DNA of 64,000 bases from Podarcis filfolensis (Eukaryota). The DNA lies in assembly GCA_964270895.1 (NCBI GenBank), contig OZ185435.1; one strand, written 5' to 3'. Both the position numbers and the translations under genes were made by a program. Within the stretch, counting starts at the first letter, position 1. Each line of letters starts with the position of its first letter. A model generated the notes under the pieces. The model ran no database searches. It was not told the origin of the DNA and saw only the letters and a list, made by a program, of their open reading frames with translations. Positions 36,390-49,593 of this stretch are shown piece by piece.

Positions 36390-36601
36390 TTAAGATCAAC
36401 AGAGGGGGCCCTCTCCACAGAGGTACATCTGGCACCTTCATTATCCAGGTGCCCTTTGACAACTGAGTTATATATTTTTAGGATTCATCCTACTGAAAAT
36501 TGTTGGAAATTGGTTTTAATATTGTGTTTTTAAATTGATGTGCCCCCCACCCTTGTGGCCTTATGGTTATGGGAGGATAATAAATCAAATAAATAAATAA
36601 A
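36390..36601 (+). mobile_element. L2-like LINE 3' end
   Basis: ggggccctctcc...ctggcacc, then a T-rich 3' UTR and a gggaggataataaatcaaataaataaataa tail. Confidence 0.55.
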
Positions 36602-37091
36602 TATCACCATCGTTAGCTACGTAAAATAATTAATATGAACCTTGAAAAATGCATAGAAACATTAGGAAATGGCATGGTAGAACTGTGCTGCTTACCTGAC
36701 ATCTCTCTGGTCTTAGGCTGAGGCTGAAGTGACAAAGAAAGAAAAGAATTAAAACATGAAAATTATGAGTATGCTAAGGTGGAATTAAAGTGTCATTAAG
36801 TTACAGGTCTGTGAGCTGAGCTTTTATTCTTATACATGCAATATAGGTAGCAGACCCTTGGATAATGGCCACTCTATTGAAGATATTTCAACTTGCTTAG
36901 ACTAATTGCAATTCTTTTGGCCACTTCGGAATGCTACAAGAGATTGCATGTTTGAATACGCTGTCATGTTTAAAAAAACAAAACCAAAAACCAAAAACAA
37001 CTTGCTACCAAATTCTTTGTCAGGTTTTAGCATGTATATGTGTGTTCTTTGAAAAATAGGATGGAACTTAGAACATATACAGCATAATAAT

Positions 37092-37153
37092 AAATTTATT
37101 ATTTATACCCCGTCCATTTGGCTGGGCCTCCCCAGCCACTCTGGGCGGCTTCC
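37092..37153 (-). mobile_element. Short L2-like 3' end
   Basis: tttattatttataccccgtccatttggctgggcctccccagccactctgggcggcttcca, the reverse relative of 752-826. Confidence 0.7.
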
Positions 37154-40100
37154 AAGTGTATATAGCTCATATTGGCCAAACAAATTTCCTAGAGTGACAT
37201 GAATGAAATGGTTGTTGCCATTTCATTCCCAGTTTTGCTTATTTATCCATTTACATGGTTACAGTGGATTGCATGTTAACAAATTGTGTCAGCAGCATCA
37301 GCATTGCTGCAAGCAGGTCAAATTTCCCTTATCATGTTCTGTTGTATCAGAGTGAGTTATAAATCACAGAGTTAGTTTCCTGTCCATAATTGTCATTAAG
37401 TTAGGTAATTGTCTTCAAAGTCACACTAGTCTTCAAAGGGCAAGAGATGTCATTTGAATATGAAGAATCTTTAGAAAAGGTGGACTTGTTAGAAAATAAT
37501 ATTCCACCTTCCCTTCTTATTTCCTCCTAGTGACAGTTTAGAAATAGAGATTTCTAAATAAAATCTTATAGTTCCTTGGGTAATACACATTACATAAAAG
37601 AGTGGACAATTTTTACATCAAAACTATTGCATAAAGACGACTGAAAAGTTTAAACAAATTGAATAAAGAAATGAGGACACACGTTCCACCCAACATTTGC
37701 CCTGAAATTGTAATTAGAGCCATAGCTATTTTGATGTTTGGATTAAAAATAAATGCAGAGTTAAATTAAATAGTTGGATATTTATTTTTATGTTGTCAGC
37801 ATTTTCTTTAATCTATTTTCTGCTTGGAAAGTCAAACTTTAATTAAATTTGAAGTTGTTTCAGCACAATTAAGAATATCCTTTATTCATAACGGGATGTA
37901 AATTTGCATGAAAATAAGCTTTCTTTGAATACAAAAGTAATAATTGAATGAATCATTTAAATCATGCTGTATACGATAGAATAAGGAAAGTTGTTAGATG
38001 CATGCTTTTGCAGTTGTTGTGATGTTGCTCTATAAACTTGGGCTATTAAAATAAGTGTATGTTAATTCTTAGTGGGAAAAGTTCACTTCAGCTTTTGTAT
38101 TCAGAACTGAAGTCATTCCCCCGCCCCCCAATACAGATGTTTAGCTACATTTTGCATTTTTAGGAGCATTATGTGACCCAGAAAAGCAGCAGATAAGCGA
38201 ACAGGACACTAGGTGTTGCTATGAAAAAACTGACCAAATCTTGTATTGACTGGAGCAGGCAGGGTAAGGACTAGCATGGCAGTAGGGTCAGGATCAGTTC
38301 TTCATTCCATCCACCCAATGCTTATGGCATAGAATCAGCTGGGATTGAACCATACTAGACTTGTTCCTTGGGAGTTGGCCAGTGTTGAACCTTGTTATGG
38401 TGCAAGTCAAGCTGGCAAGGTCTCGCTGGGTGACCAGGGTGAGCATTCCGGTCAGGCAGAGACCTCACCCTGAGCTTGGGTGTACTATGGCCACCCTCCC
38501 TCCTTTATTATGTTGATCCTGCCCAATGCCATTTTCACGCATGTACAAAACAGTGTTCTTCCTTCTAAGAAAAGAAAGCCATAATGGCAGATCCAATCAC
38601 AGTGACACAACTCCTGCTGCCCCCAGGGAACAAAGACCTAGTCTAAGATGGATATAAAAAACTGCACAGGACAATGTTCTGGGATTTTAAAATTGGCTGC
38701 AACTTTATTTATTCTAGATGTAGGTAGGCTTTGGCTCAGACATCAGGTGTATATCTGTTCTCAGCCTGCTGTTGCCGGGGGTCTGACACTTGAGCAGAGT
38801 CAAACTTGGAATGGAAGGACCATCTCAAGGCAAGGGTTTACCTAGGTAGCCCTCTGAGGCTGCTGCTGGAAGCTCTAAGGCCCTGAACAAGCCTAATAAA
38901 GCCTAAATGTAGACACAGTCACCCTAATTGGTATTATAAGTAAGATCGGCAGTGAAAAGGTGAGATAAAGGATTCAGATTACTGGAGCCCAGTTTATGGA
39001 TTCTTTAAAAATCATCCCTCATATGTGTTTATGACATTATGCTTTACTAGTCATGGAAGACTTTGATTCTGGTTATAAAAGTTTTCACACATGAGCTACT
39101 GATGAATTAAACTGTTCAAGTGACTTTGAGCACGACAGACATCATCCCACAGTGCTTTCCTTTTCAAGGATTTGATATGAAATATTCAGGTATCTAGGAA
39201 ATATCTCCAGTTAGGTAGGGCAGATATATTATTGTGTTTCCATTCTTCAGATTAAGTGTGATAAGATTTCAGGAGTTTTTATCATGTGGTCTGTACACGG
39301 ATTGGCAAATGAGGCCTCTGAAGCAAGTTGGAAATGGTAGATCTTTGGTTATTAATCCTTTGTTCACTTTCTCTCTTCCCACTGTCAAACCATGAAATAA
39401 TTTTTTTAGTGACTCATTTCACACATAAAGCTAAGCCAAACTTTGGCTTACAGTTAGCAAGCTAGCATGCTGGTGCACGTTTAGAACAGACTTTGGTTAA
39501 TGTTCATGGTCTCTTCCACAACTGCAGAATGAAAATAAAATGATGATAAAATACCAGCTGATACTTCACTACAATTTTCAATGTCTGCCAACTTGGGAGT
39601 TGTGGCATGATACTTTTGTGGTTGTTCATGGATTAAAGAAGGAATAGGCAGGAGAAGTGGAGTTCAATAGCGAGGAAGCTACCTCCTCAGGAGATGTTCT
39701 GTACAGTTTTCTACTTTAATATGGCTGCTAGCCTTCCTTTCATACACACCTCAGTAATTTCTGTTTTAATTGCTCAGGTTCTTATAATTACAATTTGAGA
39801 AAACAGTTTTCAGGCTGTAACTTGGTTTTAGCTTCTTTTCCCAAACACCCCCCCCCCCGATAGCTACTCGTCATTTGTCAAAGATAATTTTTTTACAAAA
39901 TACATCTATTCACAGTACAAGCATTTGCTTTCAATCATATTGACAGGCTTACTAAACTGCAGAATGCTCTCTGAAGAATCTTTGAGAAAAATACCAAAAC
40001 CCAGTAATAAATTTCCAATTACGTTGCTCAAGTTCAACCATTTTGGTTGAACTTACTTAAATAGTAGAATAATTTGTTTATAGAAACTATGTATAGCATG

Positions 40101-41289
40101 CTGATTTTTCCATCCACATAATTCTGTACTGTAGTAGGCTCATCAGTTTTGGCAGGTGGTGATGGCGGTGATGATCGGAAGGCCAGGTGAGCATCACGAG
40201 ACCATTAGAAGACTTCTGAGTCTTTTTATTCCTTCCACTTCACCTCACCCACTATAGTTGGTATGTGAGCAAGTGGCAATGCTAGACCTAAGGCCTCACT
40301 TTGCTTCAATATTGGTAACACTGTGGTTTCAGTGGAGGACTGTCAGACTTTGAGTAGCTAGCCTGAAATCCAAATTAGTCCAAGTCCTGTGCAGACAAGA
40401 TAGATAGATAGTGCAGACACTATGAAGTATGGCACTTGCTTAGTCTTCACTAAAAAAGAAAAGAAAGTTTCTTGGAGGGCCAGGGATACATACTAAGGCT
40501 TTGCAGAGACAGATGAACACTTATTTATGGGAGGCATCCAAGTGCAATGGATAGCAAGCCAGCAGCTCTCTCTTCAGATAAGCTGCTATGCTGGTATAAA
40601 ATGTAAGGTGCTTAGGTACACGGTGGCCAATCTACAGTTCAAAATATCTAACAATTTTCAGACTTTACAGTGGGAGTGGGGAAGGAATGGGAGAGTATTT
40701 TCTTACCCTATTCTAGCAGAACTGGATTCTATTGTGTAGTTGAGGGGGTAGGGCTGGGCCTATCCTCTGCAGACATTCCAGCAGCAAAACATTTATCAAG
40801 AAATGTTTTGCACAGCAACAGTGTGACTAAAGCCAGCAGCAATATTGCAAATGCCCAGGTAAATTAGTTAGACTGGCCTTGTTTGTGAAGGGAAATTTTC
40901 CTTCATTCTTGATAAACATCTACTGCTATCTCTAAGAAGTGGCCAGCTCCTTGCTGTTATTAACTGACCATAACAATGGCAAGCCAGGCAGAAATCTGAG
41001 TCACTCCTTTATCACAAAAGGCAAGTTTCAAAAAGCCACCCATACACTGTCTGTCTTAAGACTAGGTATGCCAGAAGAGGCCAACCTCAGAGCCCTAAAA
41101 CTTGTATGGTATTAAGATTCTCAACTGAGATCCTTCTGTATTTTCCTACACCAGAGGTTGACAGAAGGTAGATCAGCATCTAATGGCAGATCTGCTGGCT
41201 ATTGACAATAGTTCAGCAAGGGTTTCTGAATCCCAATTTTTTAACAGCAAGAAAAAATGAACAAAATAAGAGAAGAAGGGAGACGTTCA

Positions 41290-41331
41290 TATTGAGTTCT
41301 GGCACCTCTTTTTCTAGAAAAAGAGGCATTG
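41290..41331. mobile_element. Remnant terminus of the hAT MITE family seen at 13436-13567
   Basis: gagttctggcacctctttttctagaaaaagaggcattg versus gagtaccagcacctgtttttctagaaaaaagcactg. Confidence 0.5.
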
Positions 41332-41523
41332 CCTATAAGTATTCTTGCTAAGACTCTGAAACAATTGCCGAAGATAAGTACACTATTTGCACATCACGGT
41401 AAATGGCCTAGGCTAAGATCAGTTAACTGGGGAGATGAGATTGCCTTATTTGCTATGGTACCATGACATTTTGTAAACTGCTTGGGGAGGCTGTATACCA
41501 GAAAGTGATTTATAAATACTTAG

Positions 41524-41550
41524 AACCAACCAACCAACCAACCAACCAAC
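41524..41550. repeat. (AACC)n microsatellite
   Basis: aaccaaccaaccaaccaaccaaccaac. Confidence 0.9.
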
Positions 41551-43495
41551 TAACTGGGTCGGCCATTAGAGGGACAATTGTTTCCTGTTCCTTTGCCATA
41601 TTCAACATGTGGCCTAGTTGTTACTATTTAGTCAAACTATCCATATTAGCATAAGTGAGCTATTTCTTGCTTGACTTTCCAATGAAGGAGAAGTGGAGAC
41701 TGGTGTAATATTTTTTGAAGTACCAATTAGTTATATAGTGGCCATACTTACCAAGAAACAGAAATGTGAAGTACGCAATTACAATGGCTGACTTCCTAAA
41801 ACTACTAATTGATTCATGGTTTCTCCAGTGTTGTTTTCCTCTTGGTTCTGTAAGCTAAAGCACAAATGCTTACAGATCCTGTATGTCTCTCCCCTGGGGA
41901 AACAATAAGTTGAACAATGATTTTGATATTGGACATTCCATCTCCATGGATAGCACAGAGATTATCTGAAGCTCTGTCCTTGTTTTGAAACCCATGTCCA
42001 TTGACATGACCTGTTTCTTTCAGTTGTGCAGACAGTTTTGACAATATCAGGTTTCCGGGATGACAGAATAATTCAGGGAAGAATGACATTATTAGTGTAA
42101 TCAGTACTGTAAATCAATTAAATAATAATTTATCAGCCACTAGCCAGTTCAATAAATATGTATACTACCAAAACTTTATGATAAGTGCCTTTTTTGAAAC
42201 GCTGATGGAATGCCATCCTATAAATGTCTACAAGAATTAAGTCCCATTAGGTTCAGTGACATTTACTTCCGGGTAAGTGGCTGTAAGATGCAGAGTAAAG
42301 CTGCAAGTTATTGCTAGAACTAAGTCCATCTTGAATGTTTCAAATTTGCTATTATATTAGCACAAGAGAATAGTAACACTTGAGAATCAAAATTCGAACC
42401 CCTGCTATAGTGCATATAGAATGCAGTAGAACCTCTTGCTAACTAAGCAAAAAAATAACAAAACGGTGTATGTTAGGCCTGATATTCAAATAACACATTC
42501 AGTGTCAAAATTGTACTAATAATTCTACTGGATAAACACTTTTGTTGTGTTTCATAGGTGGGTAGTACTGAAAATTTGGGTATTGAAATGTGTTTCAAAT
42601 ACTGTACAAACTAAATGGTATTTCTTAACACTCAGAAAATATATTGGTATTTTCTGTGGGAATTACCTTTTAGCCCTGCTGTGTTTTGCATTTGTATACT
42701 TTCTCGATGTTTTAGATACAGTGGAGTTGGCTTCTATAGCTGTTCTATAGGGTTTTAGTAGTCTTTTACTGATGGATCATACTGAGTTAAGTTTGGTGAG
42801 CTTGGCTCATGCATACATACCACACTCCGGGAGGTCAGATGAGCAAAGTCTGCTGATGAATAAATCAATAATTTACACAAGATATCTACATTGTCATATG
42901 GGACTCTGAAAAATGATTTTACATAGTGTGTTTGAAAGCCATTACATGATATAATTAGAACTGTACATCCATTGGGAATCTGAAGTCACTCCTTAATCCT
43001 CTTGATTTTCAAGAGCACCATGTTGAGAGTCAGGGGAGCTGCTTTTGGTAGGACTCAGTGACACCACTGTGCGTGCTAAAGTGTTCTACAAAATCCTTTT
43101 CATCAGAGCTCATTTTAACGACCCCCACAAACTCTTTCCCTTTATCTACAGGCACAAAGCCAGGCAATCCTGGAAAATTGCCCTCACAAACAACAGCATA
43201 CCTTTCCATTTTAATGTACGAAACATTTTTAGCAAATCCAATTTTTTTAGAAAATGCATTTTTAAATTAAATATGTCAATAAATACTGTGTTGTGGTTGA
43301 AAATCTGCAGTAGCTTGCTGCAGAGAATGTGGTGTGTACTAAGTCTCGTGCATTAAATATTTAAACAATATGCCATTAGTAATGATGAATTTAGCTGCAA
43401 GTGAACACTTAATCTTAAAAAAATATTGAATCACAGTATTCTGAATTTTAATCTTACTGACAGCCTATACAGAAGCACCATGGGGTACTAAATAG

Positions 43496-43860
43496 CAGAG
43501 GTGTACCTAGAGGCCCTGGCACCCCCAGCAAAGAGCCCCTCCTCCACAAAAAATCACAATTTCACAATAGCCACCTTAGCAATTACTCCGTTTTATGTGA
43601 CCCAAGTAATCAAAGCATCTGGAGTGAGGACAAGGCAAGGATGAGCGAGGATGAGGCTAGGAGGGCAACCACCACCACCACCACAGTGCAAGAAGGACAG
43701 AAAGCTTCTCTCCCATGTTTGATCTCACGGCAATAGCAGTGGTGCGTCGGCACTCACATATATGTCATATATTCAGTAGTCTATAGTCTGATAGGTGAAT
43801 TTTGCACACACCCACACCCTGGGCGTGCACAGGTTTCACTGACCCATACGTACACCTCTG
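43496..43860. mobile_element. Non-autonomous hAT-like element (365 bp)
   Basis: Perfect 11-bp TIR CAGAGGTGTAC (43496-43506) / GTACACCTCTG (43850-43860). Flanking 8-mers ctaaatag / ctaaacaa match 6/8. Confidence 0.75.
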
Positions 43861-44529
43861 CTAAACAAACTTGATAATTTTTGCATTTAAAGAAGAAAAA
43901 CAACTGTATAGCTTTGCTAACATTCCTTTTTATGCATACTTTGGTTAGTAGCATTCTTTAATTTGATACAACAGTCTAAAATAACTTTTGTATTTATTTA
44001 ATGTTCTTATTGCATTAAGAGATAATAGTAATATATATCATTTTGTAAATTATCCATACTCTAGTGGTCTCCAGATTAGACAACCATGGGATGTGTGAAA
44101 CTACATTTGAAGACTGTTAAGAAACAGCAGTTAGTGCCTATACTATGCTAGCTGCACTTTACCAGTCTGTTCTGGACTATTAAGTGAATGACCAGAGTAC
44201 TTGAAGTACCACCTGCCTACATCTTTACCTAGCCATACCACTTCACTGGAGGGCTTTCTAATGACACCACTGTCATCCATGGTGAGCTGAATGACTGCCA
44301 AATAAAAGGTTTTTATGTGCGTGATGGCACCCCAGTCATGTAACACTCTAACCATAGGGGTTATTTTGCTTCAAGTACAAATATGGTTGAGCAGCGATGG
44401 TATAGGTTGGCAGCATGTATCAACATCTAGATTCTAAAACATTAGTTCCTCAAGCCTGCTGCAAAATTTTGTACACACCCTTCTTTTCCTGTTGGAATTC
44501 CCACAGCTAAACTGTTTGTGACATAAGTT

Positions 44530-44670
44530 CCACTGGCTTCGTGTAACAACCCCACTCATTACTTAGAAAGGACCATGTTTACAACAGGATTTGGGGGTAT
44601 AATAACCTACTTAGAGATTTTTGAAATATTAAGTGGCATATAAATGCTTTTAAATAAAGCAATAAAATAA
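44530..44670 (+). mobile_element. Old MIR/CORE-like SINE fragment
   Basis: gggggtataataacctacttagagatttttgaaatattaag...catataaatgcttttaaataaa resembles the CORE-SINE 3' part. Confidence 0.35.
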
Positions 44671-45609
44671 GTGATAAAAGAATTAAAATTAACAGGGCTT
44701 GTATAAGTGGAGATTTTATATCTTGCATCAAACATAATAAGCACTCATACAAGGATGGAAAATAGTGTTATTTGCTCATTATAATTTAGTCATAGTAAAT
44801 CCCCCTGACCATCAAAGGTGAACACAATCAAACAAACTGTTGGCAATATTCTTCCTTAATGAGTAAACTCAGCAGGAGCAGCAACAGCATCAACAGTTGT
44901 TAGTAGACTGAAATTATAAGTCTCAAAAAAGGTCAGAAATAAAGTTCGCAGGCAAGATAGACTGGGTACCAGCTACATTAATTATTGTAAGTGTCTAACT
45001 GAAGTATAATAACACGTTTTGAGGGTTTAAAGTAGATATTTCATCTCTGAAGAACAAGCATTTTACCTTAACTATGACTGCACTTTTCAGTCATATCTGA
45101 GCTCTTGTAACAGACACACTGTTCTTTTCGACTTCTGGCACACTGTCATCAATATGACATGGATTAATTTGTAAGTGTATAATTTGATATACACTTTAAC
45201 CTAAGCTGATAGAAGGAAGGATATTGTCTAATGATTTTCAAGCAAAGGTACATTGGCTCCCTTCAAGCCCAAATTGGAAATCTATGGAAGAGTGCATATC
45301 CTGGCTAAAATTCAAGTCAGAGAAGTAAATTTTATGGATAATAGTTACTTTATTTGTTCAAGTTACGTAAGAGATGCTACTCATTGTATTGTAACATGAT
45401 TGTTTCCCAAGGCTGTGCCTGCCCTTTCCTTTCTATCTCTGATACACTACACTGAGGGATGATAGATTATAAGGAAGTAGGTGCCCTTTTAAAGCAGTAA
45501 TGATGATATAATGGATTACACAGGGCAGAGCGTAGCAGAGAAACCACAGTAGATCTTTATTGGATTGATCAGTCATTTCAAGTGTCGTTTATATTTCAAG
45601 TGTCACTTA

Positions 45610-46433
45610 TATGCTTTCAATACACATCCACAACATCTCATGGACAGGTGCAGATCACATTGTTTATGAAATGAACCTCTGGCCTGCAAACACCTATTCT
45701 GGATGGGAGATTTCAATGCCAGAGTTAGGGACAATCATCACACATGGGACAACTGCACAGGGCACTTTGGTATTTGCAGCACGAACGAGAATGGACAAAG
45801 TCTGCTTGAGTTGTGCTCGTTTCACAGCCTTTGCATCACAAACACATTCTTCTCTGCCAAGGCAAAATGGCAAGTGTCGTGGAGATATCCAAGGTTAGGC
45901 CACTGGCACCAGCTGGACTTGATTGTTACGAGGCAATTGGCATTGAACTGTGTTCATGTCACATAGGCTATCACAGTGCTGATTGTGACATGGATCACAT
46001 GGTGGTGAGCAAGATCCTTCTCCAGCCAAAGAAGGGCCATAACAAAGCAGAAAGTGTTGCCTCAAATCAACACTTCCAGAGCAGTTATACCTGAACTTTG
46101 TGAATGCTCCTCTGATTCCATCAAAACAGCACTAATGAAGTGCCCTAGAGACAGTGTCAAAATCAGCTGAAAGCACATCAAAAAGGCAACCTATAATACA
46201 GCTATGCCCTTTTTCAGCAAAAGAGAGCAGCAGATCCCTGACTGGCATTAAAGACATTGAACCTGTTGTCACTGCATAGTGCTAGGCTCCTGCGAACTAC
46301 AAATGTGTGTCCTGTGAGAAGACACTTGCTGCACTGAGAAAGGCAATGAGCAATGCTCAGCAGATTGCCAGACAATGTGCCAGCGACTACTGGCTTAAGC
46401 TATGTCAGAGTATTCAACTTACTGCTGACTGCA
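45610..46433 (+). mobile_element. RTE-clade LINE fragment: APE endonuclease and linker only
   Basis: MGDFNARV...NENGQSLLELC...LCITNTFF...VSWRYPRLGHWHQLDLIVTR, then YHSADCDMDH, and downstream AQQIARQCASDYWLKLCQSIQ (ORFs 45703-45966, 45813-46094, 46307-46615). Confidence 0.9.
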
Positions 46434-46611
46434 GGGTAGAATTCAACATTGTGGTATTACAACAATTTCATCTGCACAAGCGTATTACCTTCCTAGTTGA
46501 AGCCATCTCCCTGACACCCCCCGAGCCAATTTTGGAAGGCGGGGAAGAAAGATTGGAAAGGCCCAAGGGCAAGGGCTTCTACTGCTGTGGTTCATTAGGT
46601 GAATCTCACTC
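46434..46611. mobile_element. MITE starting GGGTAGAATTCAAC
   Basis: Left TIR at 46434-46447 and degenerate right end ttaggtgaatctcact. It abuts the end of the RTE homology. Confidence 0.5.
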
Positions 46612-47195
46612 ATAGGATCTGGACAACAGACCTATAGATACAAAAATGCTTGGAAAATTAGGTGGTTTTTTTAAATAGGAATTCATTAAACATTCATTTT
46701 CCCAAAGGAACTAGTTGCAGTTCTAGTTTCCCTAAAAGAAACTAGCTCAGTACATGTTCATCCAGATGAACATTTTAGTTCACAAAAAAGATCATCCATA
46801 GCGAAAAGGGGAAAAAAAACACACCAAAATTAAATATAGCATTGACAATGTTATAAGCTGCTGTGCTGAAGTGTAGGGGCAAAAGTAAATTAGGGGCCAC
46901 ACACAAGTAATAAAATTTCTGACAGAAAGAATGCCAAGAGAACTGGAAAAGAACTTACCCAATTTAATATGTGCCAGCCACACAGCTGTTAGACACAGGG
47001 CATAATTCATTTTGTTCCTTTATCTGTACTTCTTACTGCAATCTGCTCCTGTTGGAAGAGTGCAAATATCTTCAGCAGGAAAGATACACGGAATGCTTCA
47101 GATTTCTTCCCTTAAATTGCTTAGCAACAGTGATTAAGGGACTAATCAGTCTTACTAACAGCAGTACCTATATATCTGCCTCATTATGTTGTTTG

Positions 47196-47525
47196 TCTGG
47201 CACCTAAATATATGTAATGAAGGCACCAGGCAAGCCTCTCTAGGGAAAGCATCCCACGAACAGAAATGACTTCTTAAGGAGTGGTCTTACCACTGCCTCC
47301 TTCAGGCAGCGACCACCCTATCTTGCAGGGAGCCATCAATCACCTCCCTGACCCAAACACATCCAGTACACCAGCACTAGACAGTGGTCTGGACACCCTT
47401 GAGATCATCTGCTGTAACAGTGGAGTCAATCTTCCAGTGAATGCAAGCAATTTTACCTTCAAAGTGCTTTGCAAACGAGCAATAGCGAGCTACCATCACT
47501 TCTGCAACTTCCTTCAGGCCAGATG
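47196..47525 (-). mobile_element. L2-clade LINE fragment with a large internal deletion
   Basis: The - strand of 47270-47525 resembles the L2 pre-RT region (...ARLQSTLKVKLLAF / GRCLKEAVVRPLLKK), joined to a 3'-region segment (ggcacctaaa...gaaggcaccaggcaagcctc on +). Confidence 0.75.
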
Positions 47526-48430
47526 TGAAAATAAACTTGAAATTCTTTGAAGCTCTACCCCAAAATGAACCTAATTCATCTTTAGTTGGTCAGGGTGTAG
47601 TTCAGATATTGTTGTTTATGTTTAACTGAACTAGTTCATTCTAAGAATTGAGACTCAGGGAAATAATCTTCATTAAATATCCTACACCCACCCCACCCAC
47701 CTCCTTTAGTAGTTGGGTTGTAGCCTGGACTAGGCCCTATTTGATTGCTGGCTCCTAAAGTGCACCTCCCCCATGCTGTGTCTGATGTACACACCAAGTT
47801 TTAGGGAGGCAGTTTCAGTATTGCATTCCATTGAATGTGTATAGTTGTCTCATCTGTAGTTGGCTGTGGAATCCCATATGGGTGGCCAAATCATGGGTTG
47901 TCTGTTATTTTCCCCGACATTTTCACAAATCAAGATTCATTGTGGCTTTCACAATGATACCCTCAGCCTCAAAGAAAAAGCTTGGAAGTATCTTAAGTAC
48001 AGAGCTTTACTGTAGCATAAAATAGAAGAGTGATTAAATCCTGGCACTTTTTCCCTCTCCTGTTTTGCTTCACAGACAATAGTTTTACCATGTTTTGGGT
48101 CCTGTGAAAACCAGGGATTGTTCTGAAGTTTTTCAAACTCTGCCAAAACTATTTATTGAAAGAAGAAACATCCAAGAGCACTTCCACACTTATATTCATT
48201 GTTTATTTCAACCACACACTGCGTAACAGATCACTAGCATAACATGCTGAGATATCCCATGGAGAGGAGTTAATGGAGCTTGATGCAAACAACAATAAAG
48301 TTCAGATCTTAAGTGCTTCAACACCTTAAAATGTTCAGGCTATTAATATTTTCTAACATTAAGAGTTCTGTGTTGTAAAGCAAACACTGTGAAATTATTT
48401 TGGTACAGGAGGTTTCTCTTATCTTTATTA

Positions 48431-48677
48431 TACAGTGGTACCTCGTGTTACAAACACCTCGGGTTATAAATACTTTGGGTTACAGACTCCACTAACACGG
48501 AAGTAGTACCTCGGGTTAAGAACTTTACCTCAGAATGATAACAGAAATTGTGTGGTGGTGATGCGGTGGCAGCAGGAGGCTGCCATTAGCTAAAGTGGTA
48601 CCTTAGGTTAAGAACGGTTTCAGGTTAAGAACAGACCTCCGGAACGTATTAAGTTCATAACCAGAGGTACCATTGTG
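48431..48677 (+). mobile_element. Tc1/mariner MITE, copy D, more diverged
   Basis: TA-cagtggtacctcgtgtta ... taaccagaggtaccattg-TG, with the same interior as copy B. Confidence 0.9.
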
Positions 48678-49523
48678 TGGACTGCTCAGGATTGCCTATT
48701 GAATTTGTTTCATGAAATGAAAATCTGATTTCTATTGTATTCTTCTCAAAGATAACTGACAGACCTGCGACATGCCTCAGATTGGCTTGGAACTAAACCT
48801 AGCCATTTCCTTGAGATTCTAGGACATTTGCAAGACAGTCTAAATTAGGAGACCGTCTCCATATATCAGTCACAGATTGTACAAATTTACAAGCCTTTCC
48901 AATTCTTGACTGCTAAATGTTAAGCAGGAGGAGACCTCATGTGAGCTCCGCTGGTCACATGAAGCTAACCTTCCATGAGTAAGTACTGTGTGTCTGTGGC
49001 CTCCATCCTTGACTGTCAAAGCCTAGACTAATGTGTTATCTACTGGCTGTGCAAGTTTGTTTAACAGATCTATGGCCACAGAAGGCATATGGTTCCCTGC
49101 AGTTTTGGAGTGCCCTTGTAAGGCAGGCAGTGCTGGTCCACCCATGAGGCGGTGTGAAGCACCTGACTCAGGCAGCAGAGGTACAAGAAGTGGCATCCAC
49201 CTCACTGCTTTGTTCACCACAAGGGAGGCATTCTGGCATGTGACATTTCTTTGAGGAACACAATACTTTGAGGAATGCCCTGGCACCTGCTGAGTTCAGC
49301 GTAAGGAGGGTATGGTGGTGGTGGGTTTGGTGGTGGGATTTAGCACAGCAAGTGGGGCAGGAGATAGTAATTTCCATTTCTCTTTGGATGATGAAATTGG
49401 ATGGGCTGCCCCTGAGGGCAGAGATGGAGAACCTCAGAACCAGGAGATGAAGACATCTTCCAGGTCTCTCCATCTGGCCTTTGGACCACACCCCTCAGCA
49501 GCCCTGCTTTACACCCTCCTTGG

Positions 49524-49564
<41 letters not shown>

Positions 49565-49593
49565 ATCTATCTATCTATCTATCTAGCTAGCTA
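49524..49593. repeat. Compound (CTAT)n microsatellite
   Basis: About ten CTAT units, a one-base interruption (tatcatcta), five more units, then gctagcta. Confidence 0.95.

Noticed and set aside
49268-49450. Trp-rich ORF (VWWWWVWWW)
   Set aside because: It comes from a (TGG)n low-complexity run, with no splice or start context.
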